Part shown: one piece after another, positions 55,082 through 64,000 of the stretch
Layout: each line of letters opens with the position of its first letter
How positions within the stretch are numbered: the first letter of the stretch is position 1
Assembly (NCBI RefSeq): GCF_006345805.1
Contig: NC_042997.1
Span: 154,566,001 to 154,630,000, forward strand
Reading direction: 5' to 3'
Source of the DNA: Octopus sinensis
Lineage: Eukaryota
DNA: 64,000 bases
Notes under the pieces: model-generated
Database searches by the model: none
Seen by the model: only the letters and a program-made list of their open reading frames with translations
Told to the model about the DNA's origin: nothing
Position numbers and translations under genes: made by a program

Positions 55082-55132
55082 AGCTTCTACAGGACTAGAA
55101 CTGTTTCATTCAAGAGAAATCTTCAGGAAGCT
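55082..55132 (-). ncRNA. Type I hammerhead ribozyme-like motif (HHR-4, left half of palindrome)
   Basis: Exact reverse complement of the motif at 55129-55179. Confidence 0.65.
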
Positions 55133-55179
55133 TCCTGAAGATTTCTCTTGAATGAAACAGTTCTAGTCCTGTAGAAGCT
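55129..55179 (+). ncRNA. Type I hammerhead ribozyme-like motif (HHR-5, right half of palindrome)
   Basis: AGCTTC-CTGAAGA-T-TTC-TCTT-GAA-T-GAAA-CAG-TTCTAGTC-CTG-TA-GAAGCT. It has a 6 bp stem I, an intact core, a 3 bp stem II, a 4 bp stem III and a GUA triplet. Confidence 0.65.
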
Positions 55180-55190
55180 CCTTCTATATA

Positions 55191-55258
<68 letters not shown>

Positions 55259-56352
55259 ACACAAACCAAACAAATACATTGACATATAAGTGTATGTGAG
55301 TGCTTTTCCTTTCTGTGTGAATCTGTTTTGCTGGTTTTCTATCAGTTATTAGTATAAGATCAGGTTATATGATCGACATAAAAATATATAATTACTACTT
55401 AGTTGTAACATGGTCAACTTTTCCTGTATCAAATTAAAATTTCTTCAGTACACTATCCTTGTGTATGTATGTATACATAAATGTATATCAATATGCATAC
55501 AAGCACCTGAGATTATAAGTATACATAAACATGTGTATGTTATGCGTCTGTAACTATATATGCACCTACAGCTATATCTATATATATCAGAAAAAGCTGA
55601 TATAAATATATATGTTTAAGCGTAAAGTGTATATACTTAACCAATTAAAAGTACGAAATGAACATATTTAAGTTGTTAGAATAACCGATTATCTTTACGT
55701 GTACCAAAATTATTTTCAAGTATGCTAAATACACTCTTTTTTATCATTCATCATCAACATTTGAACAGTATATTTATAAAGAGGCAGGTATTTTGGTTCA
55801 AAATAAGCTAGGGAGACATCACTTCTTCACTAACTCGTTGTACTCTCTGAAATTTATATAACAAATTAAATCTGCTAAGGACCACCGCCATATATGCTGT
55901 GATGTTTCTTGACACAGCAACGATTGTCTGTTAGTCGACAATCATAATGAAACAATGTATTTAACAATATTTGTTAAATACAATAAATTTCATTCACTTT
56001 AATCATTAAACAGCCTTTATTAAATTCTATTCATTTTCACACATTAAAAAAAAAAAAGAATTGTATGTTTAATGTATAATGTTGAATTAATAATAATTCT
56101 ATTGTACCATCTTTCAAAATATTTGTTCTCTAACAAATTTTAGTTATATACATACACGTTATCAATAGAATTTTACCACAACCTTGCTAAAGCCAAATTC
56201 TATTCGCCTGAAAACCAAGTTCCAACAACTTTTATATTCACCTGTCAAACTCTGTTTACATTTTATATTTATTTACTTACTTTACCTGTACAAAGCACTT
56301 TCATATGTTTGTCCGGAATGCTCATACTTGCTCTCAGACTTTTAGCTAGCCC

Positions 56353-56763
56353 AAGGCGGCGAGCTGGCAGAAACGTTAGCACGCCGGGCGAAATCCGTAG
56401 CCGTATTTCGTCTGCCATTACGTTCTGAGTTCAAATTCCGCCAAGGTCGACTTTGCCTTTTATCTTATCGGGGTCGATTAAATAATTACCAGTTACGCAC
56501 TGGGGACGATTTAATCGACTTAATCCCTTTGTCTGTCCTTGTTTGTCCTATCTGTGTTTAGCTCCTTGTGAGTAGTAAAGAAATAGGTACTTCGTCTGTC
56601 TTTACATTCTGAGTTCAAATTCCGCCGAGGTCCACTTTACCTTTTATCCTTTCGGGGTCGATAAATTAAGTACCAGTTGCATACTGGGGTCGATTTAATT
56701 GACTGCACCCCCCACAAAAAAAAAAAAAAAAATTTCGGGCCTTGTGCCTAGAGTAGAAAAGAC
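56353..56763 (+). mobile_element. SINE family 1, dimer
   Basis: Two units, ending CCTTGTGCCTAGAGTAGAAAAG. Confidence 0.93.
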
Positions 56764-57431
56764 TTTTAGCCCTTTTTTAATACGTTCTGAGTAATATAAA
56801 TTTTCCTTTCATAAGTCCCAAGTTACTCAGATGGTTGAAAAAAAAAAAAAAAAGATGGGAATGTATATCATCTATGATGCATGGACGGCAGAGAAATATA
56901 TGCTCTGCCTCACATATGATACACAGGAGAGGTAAGTGGTTAATTTCATATTTTCATAGTTTCACCTTTGCGTAATTTAACAGCCGTTTTTCAAAACCAA
57001 TAGCCTTAAATTTTGTCCATTCCAATTTTCCCATATCTACCAATAAGTAGATTTCTGTAAAACAATGTATGTAGTCACATGCTGTTTTTTTTATCGTTTG
57101 TTTTTCTTCTCTACATTACATACCTTCAGGGGGTTCAAGTTTTAATATCATCAACGAAAACAAATTCCTCTTAAATTTAATAACTATTGTTTGGCATATT
57201 ACATATTTTTGCTTTTAGTAACAACACTTACTGTACACATATCTATTTTATTGATTTGATACAATAATGTATAGGACAAGAATTTTAATAATGATATTTG
57301 CCTGTTATTTTATTCGCTTTATTATTTCTATGAATTAAATCAAGTTTTTCTCCGAAAAAATTTTTTAAAAACCACTATTATGCTGTTCTTAATACAGGAG
57401 CTTTTACATTACACACGTACGCGCTAACACA

Positions 57432-57488
<57 letters not shown>

Positions 57489-57764
57489 TACATATATATA
57501 ATTCATTTATCTATTTGCTAGCCAGCATATATTGCAATATATTATGTTATTGGCTTTGCTATAAGTTTTTTTCACACCTTTGCATCGGATTCCCATAAAT
57601 TTCATTTTTACTTAGATATGTCCCGTTAAGTTAAACCGCTTGCTATTAATCCTAACGTTGTAGACACGAATTTATTTATTAAATCAATTTATCTGTGGTT
57701 GTAACGCTGATAACCCATATCCGACTGAGAAAGGTATTGTATATGCTATTAATTGTTTCAGTTA

Positions 57765-57943
57765 TTTGACAGCGGCCATGCTAGAGCACCGCCTTTAGTC
57801 GAACAAATCGACCCCAGGACTCATTGTTTGTAACTCTAGTACTTATTTTATCGGTCTGTCATGCCGAACCGTTAAGTTACAGGGACGTAAGCACACCAAC
57901 ACCGGTTGTCAAGCGATGGTGGGGAGACAAGCACAGACACGCA

Positions 57944-57986
<43 letters not shown>

Positions 57987-58135
57987 GTACATATGACGGG
58001 CTTCTTTCAATTTCCGTCTGCCAAATCCATTCACAAGACTTTGGTCGGCCCGAGGCAATAGTAGAAGACAAGTGCCCAAGTTGCCACGCAGTGGGACTGA
58101 ACCCGAAATCATATGGTTACCACAAAGCCGCATCC
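57765..58135 (-). mobile_element. SINE family 2
   Basis: Same modules, with a short internal (AT)n. Confidence 0.9.
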
Positions 58136-58304
58136 ATATACAATGAATAAATTAAAATAAAACATAAAAAAACTAGAAAGAAAGAAAGAAACAAGCAGAA
58201 GAACAACTAACTTACAGTTAAATATCTCCCTTTTTATAGACATTATGAACTGTAAGATTTTATCTAAAATAGTTCCACTTAAACAAAGCTTAGCTCCTTT
58301 ACTC

Positions 58305-58760
58305 TTTTACTCTTTTCAGTCATTTGATTATAGCCATGCTGGAGCATCACCTTGCAGAATTTTAGTCGGATGAATCGACCCCAGTGTTTATTTTCTTTAA
58401 AGTAAAGGTACTTATTCTATTGGTGTCTTATACAGAACTGCTAAGTTATTGGGCTGTAAACACACCACCATCGGTTGTCAAGTGTTGCTGGGGGACAAAA
58501 CATGAATACAAAGACACACACACGTGTGCATACACACACACACACACATATATATACATTTGTGTATACATATATATATATATATTATATATATATATAC
58601 GACAGGCTTCTTACACTTTCCGTCTACTAAATTCACTCAAAAGGCCTTGATCGGCTCGATGCCATAGAAGAAGGTAGTTGTTCAGGACACATCGCAGTGG
58701 GACTGAACTCAGGATCATTTGTTTGGGAAGCAAGCTTCTTACCACGCAGCTACGCCCGAA
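58305..58760 (-). mobile_element. SINE family 2
   Basis: Same modules. Confidence 0.88.
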
Positions 58761-60490
58761 ATATTTATTTTTAATTATTTTGCTGGGAGAGGAGGTAGTC
58801 GATTACATTGGCCAAGTTATATCACAGGTAATTCATTTCTTTGATCCTGAAGGGAAGAAGGGCAAAGCTAAACTTCGCGGAATTTGAACACAAACAATAA
58901 AGTACAAGAACAAATACCACAAAATATCATTTTCGACGCCCTTACGATCACAGTAATGCCCCACCCTCATCATCTACAATTCATATTTAATCTTCTTTTG
59001 TTTATATTTCAGTCCTCTTTTAAAGCCATTTGCATTTAAACATAATAATTTTGTTATACGTATAAAGATAATTGTTTGTTGCTATAACCTAAATATACTA
59101 ATCTAATGTTTTAGTGGGTTAAACATATAAACATTACTACATGCCATTGTTTTTTCATAATTCCAGTTATTTTCAGAAAATTTTTGACATCGTTTGTAAA
59201 ATACTTACCGCCCCTCGCCTTATAAGTATTTCATACACATTCGACTGTGTTTTATTTTCTCTTACTGTCATATGAAATATATTGAATACAGTATTAATAC
59301 GGATATATTTCTTTATTATATACTAAAGTTCTATAACTAATTTAATTTACATTGAATACGTATTTTAATGCAAATTTTATCTGATTTTGTTATAAATGGA
59401 ATAATCAGTATTATATACAAATATATTCAGAACAGTGTCTTCGTATTGGTTGTTATAAACACATTTCAGTAATGGTACACGCAGACCTTCTCTATACACT
59501 TCACAAACATACTGTGTTAAAAGCACAATATATATCGGAGCGAGACGAACATCGTCCCAGCAGTGACCAACGAGGTCAGATCCGTTTCGGGATGCTTAAG
59601 CTTTTTCAATTATGTGTACTCGTCACATACCTTGACGAAACCCCTCCTCTCTGATATATAGGAAACAGTTTGCAATAAATTTTCTCATTGCGAAGATGCA
59701 CCGAGCTTAATAAAAGCTTGGTGTAGGTAGTTGAAACGACGTTAGATTAAAATAGCTATCTATGTATCATACTTAACGTATATACAACGCTCACTCACCT
59801 CCATTATTCAGAATTAGCAGGCGAAGGGAGTTAGTATACACGCACGCATAGACACACATATATACATATGCCTATTTAAATACGTATGTATGAACATATG
59901 TGCGTATATATATGAGTGTAGATAGATGTGTGTATTTGTGAGTGTCTGTGTGTTTGTGTGTATGTGTGTATCTGTGTGTGTGTGTGAACGCCTGTGTGTG
60001 TCTGTGTGTTTTCATATTCACAAATATTAATCGCTAGTTTTGATCCCAGTGTATAGCACTTTGGTCTGTAAAGATAACCCCGAGTTGACACAAGCCTTGC
60101 AAGTTAAACGAAACGGAAGCATGTGGGCTGGATTGTAATTTGATGGGTTGGACTTGTTTCACACAGCATAACGCTAAATTCTTCAGAAGTTTACATTAAG
60201 AGTCTACATGTGTCTGTTCAATTCTCAAATGTACTACGATGCAATTTCAATATTGGTATACGCACACTCACAGGCACACACACACACACACACACACACG
60301 CATACATATATATATATATATATACATACGTACAGGGGGAGAGAGAGAGAGAGAGAGAGAACAAGTTATTAAAGATGGAAAGGAAAAATATGGGGATTTA
60401 TATCATGCTATCATTATCTTTGAAGAAAGACAGAACTGTTGCAATGTGTATTATTAGTAATATGCACATACACTGATGCATACTTTCATG

Positions 60491-60543
<53 letters not shown>

Positions 60544-60702
60544 ACATCACGCGCGCGCGCACGCACACGTATATGTCCATATAATATATACATATGAACT
60601 TACATGTAAAGATTTTAACGTAAATACTCATGAATATATCCATATAACATAAATACGCAGACACGCATATATATATGCAAGCAGGCATACGTATAAACGC
60701 AT

Positions 60703-60758
<56 letters not shown>

Positions 60759-60764
60759 TCTTTT

Positions 60765-61046
60765 ATTTGTTTCTATCATTTGACTGCGGCTATGCTGGAG
60801 CACCGCCTTTAGTCGAACAAATCGACCCCAGGACATTTTCTTTGTAAGCCTAGTACTTATTCTATCGGTCTGTCTTGCTGAATCGCTAAGTTACGGGGAC
60901 ATAGACACACCAGTATCGTTTGTGAAGCGATGGTGGGGGGACAAACACACACACATTACAACAATACACAAACACAGACACAGACATACACACACATACA
61001 TTCACACACACACACACACACACATACACACACACACACATAAACA

Positions 61047-61084
<38 letters not shown>

Positions 61085-61086
61085 AA

Positions 61087-61132
<46 letters not shown>

Positions 61133-61290
61133 GACGGGCTTCCTTCAGCTTCCATCCATCAAATCCACTCACGAGGCTTTGGTCAGCCCGAGGCTATAGT
61201 AGAGGAAACTTGCCACGCAGTGGGACTGAACCCGGAACCATGTAGTTGGTAAGCAAGCTACTTACCACACACACCCACTCCTGCGCCTAT
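60765..61290 (-). mobile_element. SINE family 2
   Basis: Same modules, with internal (CA)n(AT)n at 60945-61130. Confidence 0.9.
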
Positions 61291-61345
61291 ATATATATTA
61301 ATATATATATAAATACATATACGTACATATATACATATACATACA

Positions 61346-61379
<34 letters not shown>

Positions 61380-61387
61380 TATATATT

Positions 61388-61436
<49 letters not shown>

Positions 61437-61976
61437 TATACATATATATATACGTACAATTATATATGAACACATTAACAGGGCACTTGGTTATGCAACT
61501 CACTGCCTTCGGTACCAATCTTGAGAATCTATAACTATAAGCCATTAATGGAACTGCAAATATTTGTAAAGCATTCCAATATTTTAGCCTGTAACATTCC
61601 CGCATATACACATAGGGGTATATGTGTGTGTGTGTGCGTTCGTGTGTGTGTGTGTGTGCGTGTGCGTGCGTGTGTGTGTGTGTGTGTGTATGTGTGTGTG
61701 TGTGTGTGTGTGTGTATACACATATATACGTGTGCAGTCATATTCGTAGTTTATATATGACTACTATGCTAATGCTGTCTACTTTCCTGGTTTGCAGACT
61801 CACTCTTTCCCTAAGAATATATATATATAAACAAATGTCTCCCTGTTCCAAACGCAGTGTACCTGAAAGAACTCGCTACTGATAATAATGACATATAAAG
61901 ATATTTTGAACAATAACTGTGGATATTTAGTAATACAAAATGTTTTACATGTCACTAGGAGATTCTCTACATAACA

Positions 61977-62209
61977 TATTTCTTTACTACCCACAAGGGG
62001 CTAAACGCAGAGAGGACAAAGAAGGACAGACAAAGGGATTAAGTCGATTATATCGACCCCAGTGCGTAACTGGTACTTATTTAATCGACCCCGAAGGGAT
62101 GAAAGGCAAAGTCGACCTCGGCGGAATTTGAACTCAGAACGTAGCTGCAGACGAAATACCGCTAAGCATTTCGTCCAGCGTGCTAACGACCCTGCCAGCT
62201 CGCCGCCTT
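61977..62209 (-). mobile_element. SINE family 1, monomer
   Basis: Near-consensus copy. Confidence 0.93.
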
Positions 62210-63390
62210 AAAACGTAGACAGATGAAATACCACTAAGCATTTCTCTACATAACCACAAGACCAGATAGAAATAGTAGACGAATTTCCGTCAAATTACAC
62301 ACTGTTATTTTTAAAATGGACGCATTTGACTATGTAGGAAAACGGATGAATGATCATGATAGGAACCCCATTGTTTGTTGGTGTACTGGATATGAGGGCT
62401 GATTCGAACCAAAATACCAACAGCCATTTCAGTAAGACAAGGAAATACCCTTTATAACCAACAAAATGTTGTCCATGAGTATGTTAGATTTAAATGTGAG
62501 GAAAATGTCAGCAATGAGAGGCAATCTCAGCTTTGCTCAGTTCCGTGACAATTATTTCACATTACTTTTATAGTCCAAGTGCAAGTAATTATAAAAAAAA
62601 AATATCTGGTGGACAAAAGAAGTAATGAGACTGAGGTGGCAAAAATGACTGAAATTGGAAATTTCATATCTGATTTCTGAGCTGACTTGCCATGTATATC
62701 CAGCAACTACTACTTGCGTTTTACCTTCCTATGCGGAGTAAATCTACTAAATAAATTCAGATACGATGTCATCCATAAGAAGGGTTTCTCAGAGGTAATT
62801 ATTGCAAATATTTACCCCAAATTTAAATATTTACATTCAAACTTCTGCTGAATGTAAACAGAATATTCTGCCATTTCCATTTGAGACAGAAAATAAGAAA
62901 CATGTACTGTTACAGAGATGATTAAACAGCGATCAGATATGAGCATTTCCTGCGATCGTAATGGCCAACTGCTTCTTAGCTGATTATAAATTCATATTTA
63001 CACATTGGCTGACTTCATTGAGTAGCTAAGTATTTAATCAAGAATGATGAAATATCGAGGTTCTCAGGCAAATGCATTATCCTCTAACTTGGAGTTCAGT
63101 TCCCAAAAGAAACTACGTAAGAATATTTTTTATGAGTCAGCATGTAACCTTTTACTGTTTTTGTGATCTAAGTTCCAGCTCTAGAGCTTTGGTTCTCAGT
63201 TAAAACCTAATTCGTCTGAGTACCTTGATAAATTAATATGTATACCCCACAATAAGAATCAAATGACACATACCGTTTTCTTTTAATGGCTATCACCTTT
63301 TTTCGTCCGATGGTCATAGTTTAATAGATTTTGATCAAACGACTGTTCGAGAGGGACTGATTTGGAGCCAATTACCACTACCATTACCTG

Positions 63391-63618
63391 TTTCTTTACT
63401 ACCCACAAGGGGCTAAACACAGAGGGGACAAACAAGGACAGACAAACGGATTAAGTCGATCATATCGACCCCAGTGCGTAACTTGTACTTATTTAATCGA
63501 CCCCGAAAGGATGAAAGGCAAAGTCTACCTCGGCGGAATTTGAACTCAGAACGTAGCGGCAGACGAAATACTGCTAAGCATTTCGCCCGGCGTGCTAACG
63601 TTTCCGCAAGCTCGCCAT
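63391..63618 (-). mobile_element. SINE family 1, monomer
   Basis: Near-consensus copy. Confidence 0.93.
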
Positions 63619-64000
63619 TACCAACAGCAATAACACTGTTTCCTTCAAAGATATCTTTTAATGAAGATTTAATAACCAAGTTTCGATCAACATCTCGAAA
63701 AATTCTGATACTAAAGATCTGAAGAAAACAAATCCAAACACTATCAATGACAAAAGCTACAAGTAGCTTGTTTATTATATTTCTTAAACATTCCAGGTGT
63801 TACAGTTTTTGTCGTTCATCTCACTGAGATTCCACATTCTCTGCATAACGAAAATTTTATGTTAAAGTCAATGCTCCCACTTCAGTGCTAAGATGAGAAT
63901 ACTTGAAGACTAAACAGCTGCTAAACCTTTAAGAGCTACAAAAATGAAAGGAACAACAGCGCAAGTAAGTGACAGAACAGAAAACTGTTGACACAGAATC

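Larger units (their letters stand above)
55065..55196. repeat. Perfect 132 bp palindrome with no spacer
   Basis: Checked base by base: the 66 bp arms are exactly complementary around AAG|CTT at 55130/55131. Confidence 0.98.

Noticed and set aside
56831-56931. Plus-strand open frame ending in GAG|GTAAGT
   Set aside because: It contains a 16-nt A run, is isolated and has no recognisable homology.
60140-60195. Minus-strand CTGAAGA..GAAAC-AA-GTC
   Set aside because: Stem II is weak, and the flanks (ACTT versus CAAC) cannot form stem I.
63944-63964. ATG exon candidate MKGTTAQ|GTAAGT at the window edge
   Set aside because: It is too short to assess, and any downstream exons would lie outside the window.

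Overview
Eukaryotic, AT-rich, microsatellite-saturated genomic DNA. The SINE families and repeat landscape look like an Octopus (cephalopod) genome; this is inferred from recalled repeat sequences, not from a database search. Almost all ORFs in the supplied track are translations of (AT)n/(CA)n/(TATG)n repeats. Supported content includes: (1) many tRNA-derived SINEs of at least three families; (2) a full-length but decayed mariner (42520-43791); (3) CR1-like, RTE-like and R4/Dong-like LINE fragments; (4) a Penelope-like GIY-YIG fragment (52430-53080). Two things stand out. First, a 1.5 kb cluster (53663-55179) holds five type-I hammerhead ribozyme-like motifs from three unrelated sequence families next to the Penelope fragment; four of them sit as opposite-strand pairs, in a ~550 bp fold-back and in a perfect 132 bp palindrome. 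Second, there is a set of short-exon minus-strand gene models for small, apparently secreted orphan proteins that an ORF finder cannot see: a clean 3-exon 84 aa gene at 9874-10462, and a terminal exon duplicated at 32096-32198 and 41617-41719 with a plausible 55 aa gene model. All translations and alignments were done by eye. Nothing was searched, and no expression evidence is available.
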